Shown here piece after piece: positions 44,151-54,904 of a DNA stretch of 64,000 nucleotides. Both the position numbers and the translations under genes were made by a program. The DNA is from an uncultured virus (IMG/VR IMGVR_UViG_3300035183_001031) (lineage: Duplodnaviria; Heunggongvirae; Uroviricota; Caudoviricetes). The number at the start of each line of letters is the position of its first letter. The stretch's first letter is position 1. The stretch is taken from IMG/VR virus record IMGVR_UViG_3300035183_001031. One strand, written 5' to 3'. The notes under the pieces are model-generated. The model searched no databases, was not told the DNA's origin, and worked only from the letters and a program-made list of their open reading frames with translations.

Positions 44151-45422
44151 ATGGCCCTCGGCGGCATCATCCTCTATCTTCAGTTTCAGAACTCTTCGGG
44201 GAGCGTCGCGTCAGTTCCAATCTTACGCGCCGGGGGAGAGTTCAGCGCAGAGATACGGGTGAGATTTCCATCTTCGACAAATGACAATCTCACTCCGACT
44301 GAGCTCTCGGGAGCCCTGTTTACCCTTAGCGTGGGTTCGTCGCCTGCCGGCTATCTCTCTGTCTGGTATGAGAAGGCGTCGGCTGCGAGCACGACCGGAA
44401 CGGTGTACGTCACGTCATCGGCCGGAAGGCTGGAGCTCCCATCCGTTCCGATCTTTGATGATAGGTTCTACAACATCTCGCTCGTTCGTGAGAACTCCAC
44501 CGGCTCCCTGAGGCTCTCGACGATCCGATACGAGGCAGACTCTTTGACATTCAGCACCTCGAGCGTGGCGCCGAGCGGGTCGACTGGGTTTGCGCCGGCT
44601 GCCTCTTACGATACCGTTGAGCTCGGTTCGTCTGCGTTGGTCCCGTCTCGGGGACAGTTCTGGGCACAGGAGTTTCGGCTCTGGACCGGATCGCTGCGCG
44701 ATTCGGAGCTGCATGCCCACGCGAGGCATTTTGAGAGTTACGGTCGTGAAATATCGTATGATAATCGTGAACTCTTGATCCATTGGAGGTTGGCCGACGG
44801 AGTCTCGGCCGACTCATCTGGTAGCATCTACCTCCTTGATTCGACCCCGGCGGGCTGGACGGCGACTGGAAGCAATTTCATCCCTAATCGATCTCCGTTC
44901 ACCAAGTTCCTCGAAGATTACGCCTACATTCCAAGCATCGATTACGGCTGGAACCAGGAGAAGGTTCGCACCTACACAGGAACCACCGTCGATCCGCTTG
45001 AGAGATACGAAGATGAGAGGTTCGTCTCCCTTGAGTTCAACATGTTCGATGCCCTCAACGAGGACATCTCACACCTGATGGCCTCGTACGATGAGCTGAA
45101 CAACATCCTCGGTCATCCCATGAACCGATACCGGCATGACTACGAGGGCCTCCAGCAGATGCGGGAGACCTACTTCAAGAGGTTCCAAGGCCAGCTGAAC
45201 TTCCGTGCCTTCGTGGACATGTTGGATTTCTTCGATAGCTCCTTTGTCACGATCGTCCAGAGGCTTATCCCTGCCAGGAGCATCTTTAAGGGTGACGAGA
45301 TCGTGGTCGAGAGCCACATGTTAGAGCGTCCGAAGTACACCTACGGATTCAGGCCCATCCGTGAAGGAATCATTGATATCAGCGGAAGCATCTCCATCGT
45401 CGAAAGGAATGAGGACTGGTGA
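44151..45422 (+). CDS. baseplate/tail protein with LamG-like domain
   Basis: QEFRLWT, LLIHWRL, GDEIVVESHMLERPK. Confidence 0.6.
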   Translation: MALGGIILYLQFQNSSGSVASVPILRAGGEFSAEIRVRFPSSTNDNLTPTELSGALFTLSVGSSPAGYLSVWYEKASAASTTGTVYVTSSAGRLELPSVPIFDDRFYNISLVRENSTGSLRLSTIRYEADSLTFSTSSVAPSGSTGFAPAASYDTVELGSSALVPSRGQFWAQEFRLWTGSLRDSELHAHARHFESYGREISYDNRELLIHWRLADGVSADSSGSIYLLDSTPAGWTATGSNFIPNRSPFTKFLEDYAYIPSIDYGWNQEKVRTYTGTTVDPLERYEDERFVSLEFNMFDALNEDISHLMASYDELNNILGHPMNRYRHDYEGLQQMRETYFKRFQGQLNFRAFVDMLDFFDSSFVTIVQRLIPARSIFKGDEIVVESHMLERPKYTYGFRPIREGIIDISGSISIVERNEDW

Positions 45423-47401
45423 AGCGTCGTAAGGAATACTCTCATCGTCCCGGCATGCGGTTCGACCGCAGGCACGTCCAGGGTCCTGACGCCGGATTTC
45501 TCGGCGGAGAGATCGAGGTCACGACTATCACCGGCAGCGTTGAGAGGTTCTTGACGGATCGGAGCGGTTCATATCGGCTTCCGTCCGTTTCATCGGTTAA
45601 CTTTAGGAATTCATCGTACGTGACCACCGTGCTTAGCTCGAGCGATCACGAGGTCACGTCCCTGAACCTTTGGAGGAGCGGGTCGGAACCGCTCGAGACC
45701 ACGGCGGTGCCGGCCAGCGCCTCGATGTACTACTCGAAGCACGGCAGGTACCGGCACGTCATCGTGAAGAAGACGGCGTCCGTCAAAGATCTGATACGTC
45801 TTCCCGCGGGTATGGACGGCGCCACTCCGGTCTATTACGTCCCGGGGAAAGGGACCGACGTCACGAGCGTGACCGGCACGGTGGCCTACACATCAATATT
45901 TAATTATTCATTGATTGGATCTAGTATCAAGTTTCCTGCCGTGATCCCGGTCGAGGTCCCACACCGCGGGAGGATCGTCGACCTTAAGGTCTGGATCGAG
46001 CTGATGCAGGTCTCGGGATCGTCGAGTGTTGACGGTGCTGGAAGATATCCACTAGGAAACCTGGCGATCGCCATCAGGTCCCCGAACCTTAGCGGGTTCC
46101 ACGCTCATCCGATCAGGAACGATCCGATCCTTAAGAAGGTCTTCACCTCAGATTTGGCAGAATTTACTGCGGTGAGCGATCATGATCCAATCGGTCGTTC
46201 TCTTTTTGGACCGGATTATATCTCACCGTTTTATCGCGATTCCTTCATCCTCTGGGAAGGTCCAGGTCTATTCGAAAAGACATCTTATGGTCCGTGGGAT
46301 GCTGACAATCACACGCTTACAAGACGATATCCATCATGGCAGCGAGATCGTTCGATGCGGACCGTCTTTTCAGACGGGGCGGCCATCCCGAATCCGAGGC
46401 ATGCCGTTCCTGGTGGTTCGTCTGGAAGCTATAACGGAGCTCCGAATTCGTACTTCGGATTCAATAGTGCGTTCGGCTTTGACGTCCCGTGGACGTCTGC
46501 GGCAGAGATCTCGGGGGCAAACACGTATCAGATGGCCGGCTCTCCTCCTAAGGGTTGGTTGAACGGCCCTGGGGGCACCAACCTGATCGACGAGTGGCCG
46601 ACGACAGGAGTAAACTACGGAGCTGAGCAGCTTCGGCCCCTGTATCCGCTGCTCGACCCTCTCTATCAGAGAAAGAGGTACGGGGATATTCCTGTGAGGT
46701 TGACCACTGGTTCGGCCCTATTCGATCCCGGACGGTGGACCGGATTTCGTCCTGGGCTTCGTGGGACCGAGGCAAGCGGGACATGGTACCTCATGATCGG
46801 AGATAATCGCTTTACTTTGTCAGGAACTAATGGCACCTATACTCCGACGTATTTCCAACAGGTCCGTCTTGAGTTCATCCTCGCCTCGGGCAGCGAGTCG
46901 GAGTTTACCTTACGGAGGCAGTCCAGGGTCCGTGCTCGGAGGGCTCGTTCCGAGGTCCTTATCCTGACCATCTCAGGTAGTGATTTTTTGACTGGTATGA
47001 CCGGCAGCTGGGATGCGCACACCAGCGACACGTATCTGGCCGATGATCAGGTCTGGCCTGAGATCGGTCGGACCATCGGGATCACCCTTCTGACAGGCTC
47101 GGCCGAGAACGCTGACTTCGCGCTCTATTACAGGCTCTCTGGGTCCCTTGCTGACATCTCGGGGACTACTCCGGGATGGCTCCTCAACAATCAATTTGCA
47201 GTTCCGGTCATCCCGATTAGTTCGGCGTCCTTGGTAGAATTTACCACGACGGCGGTTAATTCGATCAATCCGCAGGAGATCATTACTGTCCGACCTGCGA
47301 TCGATAGCGCCCAGCGTCTTGCCGAGGCAGCTGAGGATGTTCAGCCACTTAAGACTCGGGTTGCCGTCCTCGCCGAGCTTCTTTCGGGCAGCTCTAGTTA
47401 A
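45419..47401 (+). CDS. virion protein with a split proprotein-convertase P-domain-like fold
   Basis: IVDLKVWIEL..GNLAIAIRSP...GTEASGTWYLMIGD. Confidence 0.55.
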   Translation: MKRRKEYSHRPGMRFDRRHVQGPDAGFLGGEIEVTTITGSVERFLTDRSGSYRLPSVSSVNFRNSSYVTTVLSSSDHEVTSLNLWRSGSEPLETTAVPASASMYYSKHGRYRHVIVKKTASVKDLIRLPAGMDGATPVYYVPGKGTDVTSVTGTVAYTSIFNYSLIGSSIKFPAVIPVEVPHRGRIVDLKVWIELMQVSGSSSVDGAGRYPLGNLAIAIRSPNLSGFHAHPIRNDPILKKVFTSDLAEFTAVSDHDPIGRSLFGPDYISPFYRDSFILWEGPGLFEKTSYGPWDADNHTLTRRYPSWQRDRSMRTVFSDGAAIPNPRHAVPGGSSGSYNGAPNSYFGFNSAFGFDVPWTSAAEISGANTYQMAGSPPKGWLNGPGGTNLIDEWPTTGVNYGAEQLRPLYPLLDPLYQRKRYGDIPVRLTTGSALFDPGRWTGFRPGLRGTEASGTWYLMIGDNRFTLSGTNGTYTPTYFQQVRLEFILASGSESEFTLRRQSRVRARRARSEVLILTISGSDFLTGMTGSWDAHTSDTYLADDQVWPEIGRTIGITLLTGSAENADFALYYRLSGSLADISGTTPGWLLNNQFAVPVIPISSASLVEFTTTAVNSINPQEIITVRPAIDSAQRLAEAAEDVQPLKTRVAVLAELLSGSSS

Positions 47402-47404
47402 ACC

Positions 47405-48004
47405 GTGGGATTTCTTGACCGTCAGAGTAGGGTCATCGACGTCGTTTTGACCGGTCGCGGACGTGAGCTCCTTGCTCGAGGAGAGCTTGACTTCGCATAC
47501 TACGCGTTCTTTGATGACGGGATTGATTACGATCCATGGTCACCGGAACCGTTGACGGATGAGGAACGGGACGACCTGATCCACTCTTCACCGATGCTGG
47601 AGGCCCCCATTGTCCAAGACCGTCGGTCAAATATTCTGCCGCTCGAGCCGACGTCCTTCCTGTTCAAGGCGGCCCCGGACTACCTGGTCCTTCCCCGACT
47701 TCTTCATCCGCATCCTACGGGTTCCTGGGTGGGTCTACAGTGTGATCAGCTCTCTTCTGGGTCCTCCTTCATCCGGAGCTCCACCACTCGTGCCATGGTC
47801 CCGCTAGAGCTCACTGGAGAGACTGCCGGAGCTGCGGGCTTCTCGATCCACGTGTATGTCAGCGGAACCAACGGCCTGACAGAGCTTAGTCCTAAGTTCG
47901 ACCTGTCGGGCCGCCGCGCCATCGATCCGTTTGTCGCGTTCTCAATCGATGATGAGGCCGTCGTTCGTGGTCCAGATAACTCGACCAGGAGGGGCAGGCG
48001 GTGA
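47405..48004 (+). CDS. virion structural protein (paralogue of 54188)
   Basis: IDVVLTGRGRELLARGE..YYAFFDDGIDY...PMLEA. Confidence 0.6.
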   Translation: MGFLDRQSRVIDVVLTGRGRELLARGELDFAYYAFFDDGIDYDPWSPEPLTDEERDDLIHSSPMLEAPIVQDRRSNILPLEPTSFLFKAAPDYLVLPRLLHPHPTGSWVGLQCDQLSSGSSFIRSSTTRAMVPLELTGETAGAAGFSIHVYVSGTNGLTELSPKFDLSGRRAIDPFVAFSIDDEAVVRGPDNSTRRGRR

Positions 48005-50781
48005 TCAGAAGGTTTGCGACTGAGACGCCGGAGCGTCCGATCGTTACCCGAGAGCCAGCCGCTCCGAGGCCCTTGCCTCCGGTCAAGGACATCAGAGAGG
48101 CCGTCACCTCGCTTGCCGAGACTGCGTTGCGGTCGGTCTCGGCTGTCCGTGATGCATTTTCATCTGGAATTCCGCCGTACCAGACGGTGGGCTCCGGGTC
48201 GGTCGCATCGTACGTGGCTGCGATCACAAAGGATCCCCTTGCCTCGAAGATCGTTCAAAGTACATCGCATCTGGGGCTGGCCACGTCCATGGCCGGATCG
48301 TCGGTCCCTGCTCCTAAGCCTGAGCTTGACTCGGCCGAGGTCTTTGAGGACGCGGGAGGGATCCTTGATGCCTTCTCCGTCAGGCTGACCGTGTCGATCA
48401 GGTCGATCGACCTTTCGAAGGTCAAGTATCTTAAGGTTATGAGGGCCAATGTTGGTCCGGTACCCGGGGCACCTCGTCCAGCCGTGTCTGCCCTGATGAC
48501 TAACCCCGCCCTGTCGGGAAAGAACCTCGATGCCGTCCTCGCTGCGGCGAAGATGGCTGACAAGGTCGGCGTTGGAAATAGGCTTGTCACGTTCATCTCG
48601 ACCGACCTTGCTGATTCGGGAAAGTCCGTCTCGTCTCCCAACGCGCAGGAGCTGCGTCCAGTCGTCCCACCTACCAACACGAATAAGAGGACCAATACTG
48701 CGGCCGGACTTCTGTCGATCGCAGGGGCTGACAGGAGCGTCGTTGAGAACCTCTCGTTTTACTTGAACAGGCAGGCGCTTGGCGCAGTCCCTAAGCCCCC
48801 GGTGCTTCCAACTGAGGTGGTGAGTAGGACGGGGATTAACGTCTTGAAAGGAAACAGCGTCGCAGCCTTGTCGAGCGGCATCGTCCAGGCTCCGAACGCC
48901 ATGGGATTCTCAGAGATCACCCGCGTCGATGCGGCAGGACCAAACGCCCGCACCGTCGGCGACTTCATCGAGTCGTACGTCATCGATCGTGCTGTTGTGT
49001 ATGGATCCTCCTTTGTCTATTACGTCAGCTGCGTGGGACACGACGGCTCCGAAGGTCCTCGATCAAGGATGGTCAAGGTCAACGTCTTGCGGAACGTCCC
49101 GCCTGATACGCCCGATGTGGTCTATTCAATCATCGGTGGGCATCCACGGTTCACGATTCGATGTAGGCCAGGAACCGATCACGTAGAGATCTTTAGGTCT
49201 GGTCGGGCGGTGCTTGACTCTATCAGGCTTGGTAGCGAGAACTCCCTGATCATGCAGGGTCCCGCGACCAAGGTCGGCCAATACTGGCACATCTCTGATG
49301 TCGGCCTGGGACCGGACGGCTCCACCTCATTCGTCGATACATCGGCTGTCCCCGGTGACAGGCTCTCCTACCGGATCTACGCGGTTGATCCGTACGGGAT
49401 GAAGTCGCAGACTCCATTCTCATGTTCTCTTAAGATGCCGGAGGATGGACGACCGATCCCCCTTCCTGTTCCGACGATCACCGCCGAGCAGGTGGTCGGC
49501 CAGCCGGCTGTGAGCGTCAAGATGAGGGTGGATGATCCGCGTGTGCTCGGCTTCACCGTTCAGCGGCGTGATGTAACGATTCATGAAAAGTCCGTCCATC
49601 AGGCGAACCAGCCCGAGCATGTTGACCTTGGGATTCCTCGTAGTCCCAAGAGCTCAATCTCACGGCAGGGGCCGCAGCTAAGGGACGCAGACTGGCCGGT
49701 GTACGTTCCCGCGTCTCAGGGTTCTGCGTCATACGTCGATACCAGCGTTCGGATCGATCGGGTGTACCAGTATGCGATCGGCGCAATCGATAATCGCGGA
49801 AACAAGACTCTCCTCGTTGGATCTCCTCCGATCGGGGTGTATGCGCGGCCGGTGATCGATCCTCCGACCGCCCTCTCCTCATCGATCTCTGTGGTAGACG
49901 GCGATCCGGTCGGGGTCGTCCTCTCGTGGACACCGAGCACGAACGATTTTTCTCCCAACTCGTTGATCGGGGATCAGGACGTCCTTGCCGCGACCGCGGT
50001 CAGGAGCGTCTTTCAGGTGGAGAGGAGACAGGTCGGAGCTCCATTCTGGGATGCTTTACCTGCTACCAGCGAGTCATGGTTCCTCGATAAGGTGAGCACC
50101 GAACAAGCGCCACCGTTCAGGCCTGCATACGTGATCCCGGGCGGGGTGTACGAGTACCGGGTGATAGCGATGCAGAGCGGAGGATTGCTAAGTTCTCGAA
50201 CCGATCCTATCTTCGTCACTGTCGCCCCTCCGCCGGCAGTCCCATCTCCGCTCTATGTCAGATCGACTCCGATCGAGGTTATTCCGACCATCGTCGTGGT
50301 CTCATGGAACATGGTGAGCACCTTCGTAGAGAGGTGGGAGGTCGAGAGGGCCGTCACAAACAGGTTGTATGGATCTCAGATTTCAGCGGTCGACATCGAG
50401 ACTGTGAAGCGTTTCGAATATCGCAGGGTGGCAGACCTCACACCGGAGTCCAGCCGGGCGAGGGCCCTGACTGCCGACACTGGGTCACTTGATCGAACTA
50501 TCTTTGTGGGCAATCGTTTTTACATCGACGCTGACGTCACTCCGGCAAACGCATACTTCTATCGCGTTCGGACTGTCGGCCGGCTCGGGACGATCTCGGA
50601 CTGGGTCTATTCAGGAGTCGTTCTTCGGGACGTCGCCTTCGACCGCAAGTTCTTCTCCACTCTTGATGATGAGGTAAAGGTGGAGCTCTCGACGAATCCA
50701 CGCGAGATCACAACCAGGGACACAGCCGAGCTTGCTGAGGAGTTGATTAGGCTGAGGATCACTCGCGGGATCGAACCATGA
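48001..50781 (+). CDS. fibronectin type III repeat virion protein
   Basis: Repeated FVD...Y.YRI.AVD..G motifs. Confidence 0.65.
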   Translation: MIRRFATETPERPIVTREPAAPRPLPPVKDIREAVTSLAETALRSVSAVRDAFSSGIPPYQTVGSGSVASYVAAITKDPLASKIVQSTSHLGLATSMAGSSVPAPKPELDSAEVFEDAGGILDAFSVRLTVSIRSIDLSKVKYLKVMRANVGPVPGAPRPAVSALMTNPALSGKNLDAVLAAAKMADKVGVGNRLVTFISTDLADSGKSVSSPNAQELRPVVPPTNTNKRTNTAAGLLSIAGADRSVVENLSFYLNRQALGAVPKPPVLPTEVVSRTGINVLKGNSVAALSSGIVQAPNAMGFSEITRVDAAGPNARTVGDFIESYVIDRAVVYGSSFVYYVSCVGHDGSEGPRSRMVKVNVLRNVPPDTPDVVYSIIGGHPRFTIRCRPGTDHVEIFRSGRAVLDSIRLGSENSLIMQGPATKVGQYWHISDVGLGPDGSTSFVDTSAVPGDRLSYRIYAVDPYGMKSQTPFSCSLKMPEDGRPIPLPVPTITAEQVVGQPAVSVKMRVDDPRVLGFTVQRRDVTIHEKSVHQANQPEHVDLGIPRSPKSSISRQGPQLRDADWPVYVPASQGSASYVDTSVRIDRVYQYAIGAIDNRGNKTLLVGSPPIGVYARPVIDPPTALSSSISVVDGDPVGVVLSWTPSTNDFSPNSLIGDQDVLAATAVRSVFQVERRQVGAPFWDALPATSESWFLDKVSTEQAPPFRPAYVIPGGVYEYRVIAMQSGGLLSSRTDPIFVTVAPPPAVPSPLYVRSTPIEVIPTIVVVSWNMVSTFVERWEVERAVTNRLYGSQISAVDIETVKRFEYRRVADLTPESSRARALTADTGSLDRTIFVGNRFYIDADVTPANAYFYRVRTVGRLGTISDWVYSGVVLRDVAFDRKFFSTLDDEVKVELSTNPREITTRDTAELAEELIRLRITRGIEP

Positions 50782-52409
50782 GCCTTCAACAGATAGCAGA
50801 TTGCCTGAAGGCAGGGTTGTCGATGGATGCCTCGAAGGAGGATGCCCAGAGGTTCCTGGATGCCTGTCAGTACACCGCCAGCGTCATGAATGTAGAATTT
50901 TGGATTGACGCGGGGGCAAGTCTGTCGACTGTCCAGGTAGCCATGTTGATCCGCGGTGCTATCATGGAGCGCATCAATAAGATCAACGAGGTCCATGTCC
51001 TCGCGTTGTCCCGCGGCTACCTCTTGCCAGACTCCCCCTTTCCTAAGATCGAGGCGGTGAACGCAGGACGTCGTCTGTTTCAAGACCTGCCGTGGGACTT
51101 CAACACACAGGTCATCCTCCAGAATGCCGCAAAGGAGCTTTCGGAGGTTGCCCAGGCATTCGTTGATGGGAAGGTCACCTTTGATCGGAAGCCCGCCGCA
51201 CAGCTGTCGTCCTACGAGGTCTCCGTCGATGGCATCTCTCCCCAGAGCGGAGACGCGTTGGCAGACATCCTCGGATATCAGCCGGACGGAGACTTCGTCA
51301 AGAGGAAGCGGGCCATCGATGCGCTGGCGAAGCTTGACTTCTCGAAGAGGAAGCCGTACCTCCTTTTCACGCTTGAGTCTGACGACGGCATCACGGTCTG
51401 CTGGTCCAAGATGCGTGATGCTGCTGGGTACATCATCTCAAGACGTGACGTCTTTGCCGGTGTAGACTTGCCGCCGATCACCCTTAGTAACGAAGGGCTA
51501 GAGGAGTCCACCAATGACCTCCTGCAGGATGAGAAGTTCTGGCAGGCCCTGTCATTCTATGATTGGGCGGGCCCCCACGACGTCTACGCCTACACCGACG
51601 ACGGTGTGATCGAGAATACCCTCTACTCGTATCGGATCTCAGGCCTTCAGAGGAAGGTGCCGGCGACTCCGTTCATCTTTGATGTCCCGATGAACGCCCT
51701 TTTGTTCTCGCCGACGATGGCGCAGGCCGCCACGAAGGCGTTGCAGGATGAGGCCACTCGCTTTGGTCGTGATACTTCGACGATTAGTCCGTATCCAGCT
51801 CTGTCGGAGGCTCTCTACGGCGATCCGGGGTTCGGATGGGTGATCGCAGGATGCAATGTCCTGGCCAGCATCAGGAGGGGAGATGCGGTCGATGACGTCC
51901 GCGCGAACTCATACATTGGATCACGTGCAGATAGGATCTTTGCTGAGGCTAGGGCAGGTCGTCTGTTCGTTCCGACTGACGTCGGGACGGTTCAGAAGAA
52001 CGTTGAGGCCGCGATCTCTTCATACGGAGTTTCACAGACAATCCTGTCCATCCTTGATGGAACGGGCGCGACCAACTTCATCTCCGGAAAGGATGATCCG
52101 AACGGGATCCAGGCCACCCAGGCCTCGATAGAAGGGTCCACTGCCGGCCTCGCCAGGATCCTCTCAGTGATCGATCCTGAGACTGCTACTCTTGATCCGA
52201 CCCTGATCTCGGTCGCCAGCAGGGCCCAGATCAAGAGCAGTAAGAGCTTTGCGGTTGACTTCCTCGATGCAAGGTCAGGTCCGACTCCGCCCTCCTTCGC
52301 TGAGATCGCAGGATCTGATGTGATCGACCTGACCACGTACTCAGGCATCAATCGATTCATGCAGATCCTTCGGGCTATCTATGATTTCTATCCAGGAGCC
52401 TTCTCCTGA
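50778..52409 (+). CDS. hypothetical virion protein (one FN3-like segment)
   Basis: ITVCWSK..AAGYIISRR...YTDDGV..YSYRI. Confidence 0.6.
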   Translation: MSLQQIADCLKAGLSMDASKEDAQRFLDACQYTASVMNVEFWIDAGASLSTVQVAMLIRGAIMERINKINEVHVLALSRGYLLPDSPFPKIEAVNAGRRLFQDLPWDFNTQVILQNAAKELSEVAQAFVDGKVTFDRKPAAQLSSYEVSVDGISPQSGDALADILGYQPDGDFVKRKRAIDALAKLDFSKRKPYLLFTLESDDGITVCWSKMRDAAGYIISRRDVFAGVDLPPITLSNEGLEESTNDLLQDEKFWQALSFYDWAGPHDVYAYTDDGVIENTLYSYRISGLQRKVPATPFIFDVPMNALLFSPTMAQAATKALQDEATRFGRDTSTISPYPALSEALYGDPGFGWVIAGCNVLASIRRGDAVDDVRANSYIGSRADRIFAEARAGRLFVPTDVGTVQKNVEAAISSYGVSQTILSILDGTGATNFISGKDDPNGIQATQASIEGSTAGLARILSVIDPETATLDPTLISVASRAQIKSSKSFAVDFLDARSGPTPPSFAEIAGSDVIDLTTYSGINRFMQILRAIYDFYPGAFS

Positions 52410-54175
52410 TGCCTTCTAAGCTTGCCAACGTTGTCTATGGTACGGCCCTTGGGGAGCTCACGGAGGTCGCTCCGTCTCCAGAGCCGACCCCTGTCAAGAC
52501 CCCTATCAAGGGAGGGGTCGGCGATGCTCTCCCTGAGAGTCAGATCGGTGGGGTCAAGGTTGGCACACGGCCGCCCGAGATCAACCCGAGTGAGACAATC
52601 TTGTCTTCAGAGTCGGTTCGGGCCTTTCACTCGACCCTTTTTAGGAGGTTCAACCTTCGAGCCATCTCGACGTATAACTTCTACGTCGATGGTGAGGATG
52701 TAGCTCCGACGTTCGATGCGTCCGGATCGCTCTCTGACCTTCCGCGGTATGTGACCCTGAGGTGGGCCACCGCTCCAACGCTCGTCCCGAAGGGCGGTAA
52801 CAAGACGTCGCGGCCGTTTGCAAGTCCGAAGATCATCTCTCCGCCTATTGCGGTGAAATTTGATGTCGCAGCCTCATCGCTCGCGAACGGATTCATCGAG
52901 CCAGGGGTGATCTCCTCGATCATCACGGCCCCGATTCCGCCTGCGATGAACCAGCCGACGACCCTCGACGAGGACTCATTTCTGCTCGATCCGGCTGCCG
53001 CCGGTCAGTCTGCGGCCGATCACGTCGGTGACGCCAGCTCCCCGTACACCTATAGGACGCGTCCGACCGCGAGAGAGGCCACTGTGGTCAAGTTCATCGA
53101 CCCATCCATCGTTGGAGCGCTTGATGCGAACAGGATCACCGTGGCCCAGGATCCAGCCCAGCTTACGGTCCTTGGTTCACTTACGAAGATCATGGGGTCA
53201 CTCGAGGTCATCTCTGAGTTCAATCAGGATGTCCAGGTCCAGAATCCACCGCCTGACTTCACCGGTGTCCCAGACGCCCCTGCCGTGCTCTACGTGGGAT
53301 ACGTGATTGAGAGACACGACCTTAAACCGGACGGCTCGATGGTGAGAGGTCGGGTCATCAACATCGACGATCCAACGCAGGATGAGTTTATCGATAGACA
53401 GGTCGCGTACAACGGTACGTACTTCTATCGCATTAGGTCGATCGTGCAATGGACTAGGACCAGCAACGTTGACTTCATGGGCCTATCCACGATCGATAGA
53501 CAGACAGCCTTTTCATCCCTTGTTGCCCCTCCCCTCTCATCTTTCTACGCCGGAGATTGGTCGGATTGGGCGCGGACGCAGGTCATCGACAACCTCCCAC
53601 CAGAGCCACCCGACGAGATCATCGCGAGGCCGGTGTCGTGGAAGGGAGAGATCCACGTCTCGTGGAAGGAACCGAACGATCCCCAACGAGACATCTCCTC
53701 TCTAGTCCTCGTCCGGGCCACCTCCGACGACGGAATGATCTCAGATTGGAAGGAGATCAAGATCTTCCCCGTCGGAAACGGCCTCTACGTGGATCGTGAT
53801 GTGGTCCCGTTTGAGCAGGGTCAGCGGGCATATATCTACGCCCTGTATTCGAACTCGTACCACGGGGTCATCTCCCCTCTCAGCGAGCAGATCGAGGTAA
53901 GGTTGTCATCGAGGGATTCTCGTGAGGAGTTTCCCGTGGTGCAGCTTGCTCCCCGTGGGGCTGATCCGATGATCCACGCATCAGCACGGCAGATGGTCGC
54001 CTCGACCGAGATCAATGCCAATCGGCGCCTCACCTTTTACTGTAGAGATGCCCGGAGCGGACATCCCCTACGGGACTCTACGTATGTCATAGAGGTCCGG
54101 TCACTGGCGACCGGTGAGAGGGCGCTTGTCACTATGGACGTCGATGCCATCGACATAGGTGTCGCAGATGCATAA
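52409..54175 (+). CDS. FN3-containing virion protein
   Basis: VGYVIER, FIDRQVAYNGTYFYRIRS, PPEPP..VSWKEP. Confidence 0.6.
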   Translation: MPSKLANVVYGTALGELTEVAPSPEPTPVKTPIKGGVGDALPESQIGGVKVGTRPPEINPSETILSSESVRAFHSTLFRRFNLRAISTYNFYVDGEDVAPTFDASGSLSDLPRYVTLRWATAPTLVPKGGNKTSRPFASPKIISPPIAVKFDVAASSLANGFIEPGVISSIITAPIPPAMNQPTTLDEDSFLLDPAAAGQSAADHVGDASSPYTYRTRPTAREATVVKFIDPSIVGALDANRITVAQDPAQLTVLGSLTKIMGSLEVISEFNQDVQVQNPPPDFTGVPDAPAVLYVGYVIERHDLKPDGSMVRGRVINIDDPTQDEFIDRQVAYNGTYFYRIRSIVQWTRTSNVDFMGLSTIDRQTAFSSLVAPPLSSFYAGDWSDWARTQVIDNLPPEPPDEIIARPVSWKGEIHVSWKEPNDPQRDISSLVLVRATSDDGMISDWKEIKIFPVGNGLYVDRDVVPFEQGQRAYIYALYSNSYHGVISPLSEQIEVRLSSRDSREEFPVVQLAPRGADPMIHASARQMVASTEINANRRLTFYCRDARSGHPLRDSTYVIEVRSLATGERALVTMDVDAIDIGVADA

Positions 54176-54187
54176 ATAGGGAGAGTT

Positions 54188-54901
54188 ATGGGGTACAACG
54201 ACAACACCACCGACTTCTATATCGATGCGACGGTAACGGACGTTGGCCGTCGTGCCCTCGCGAGGAATGACGGAAGCTTTTCCGTCGTCAGGTTCCGTCT
54301 TGGAGACGATGAGATCGACTATCGGGACTGGAACGCCCTCACTGGCTCAGACAGCAAGGACGCGAAGATCCTCGACACGCCGATCCTTGAGGCCTTGACG
54401 AACGAGACTGTTGCCCTTCGCAACCCGCTCGTCACGATCAGGAACTCCTCGCTGCAGTACATGCCGAGGATGGTTTCCAATCCGTCCAGCGTCTCTTTGA
54501 AGGAGCGTACTGACAGCGCCGGCGGCGGCGTGAGCATCACGGTCTCGCAGCAGACCACCCGTTCTCAGGCGATCATCCCGGCCGAGCTCATCGACGTGAA
54601 CTACATCATTGAGGTCGATAACGACTTGGTCTACGTTCCCAAGGAGGTACCGGTCTCCGTGCAGCCCTTCGGGACAGCGAAGTATATCATCCCGGCCGAT
54701 CCTACCGCGACCACATCGGCTAACGGGACCCAGTGCGTCTTCACGCTTCGAGTCCAGACTATCAGCGACGAGGTCTTTAACGTCCTTGCTGGTGTCACTG
54801 CCTCTCGACCGAGGACGATCAACACGACGGTCACTGTCACAGGACAGCAGAGCGGTCTCTCTGTCCAGATCCCGGTCTCCATCCTCGAGTTTGTGGGGTA
54901 A
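54188..54901 (+). CDS. virion structural protein
   Basis: IDATVTDVGRRALARNDGSF..FRLGDDEIDY...PILEA. Confidence 0.65.
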   Translation: MGYNDNTTDFYIDATVTDVGRRALARNDGSFSVVRFRLGDDEIDYRDWNALTGSDSKDAKILDTPILEALTNETVALRNPLVTIRNSSLQYMPRMVSNPSSVSLKERTDSAGGGVSITVSQQTTRSQAIIPAELIDVNYIIEVDNDLVYVPKEVPVSVQPFGTAKYIIPADPTATTSANGTQCVFTLRVQTISDEVFNVLAGVTASRPRTINTTVTVTGQQSGLSVQIPVSILEFVG

Positions 54902-54904
54902 TCA

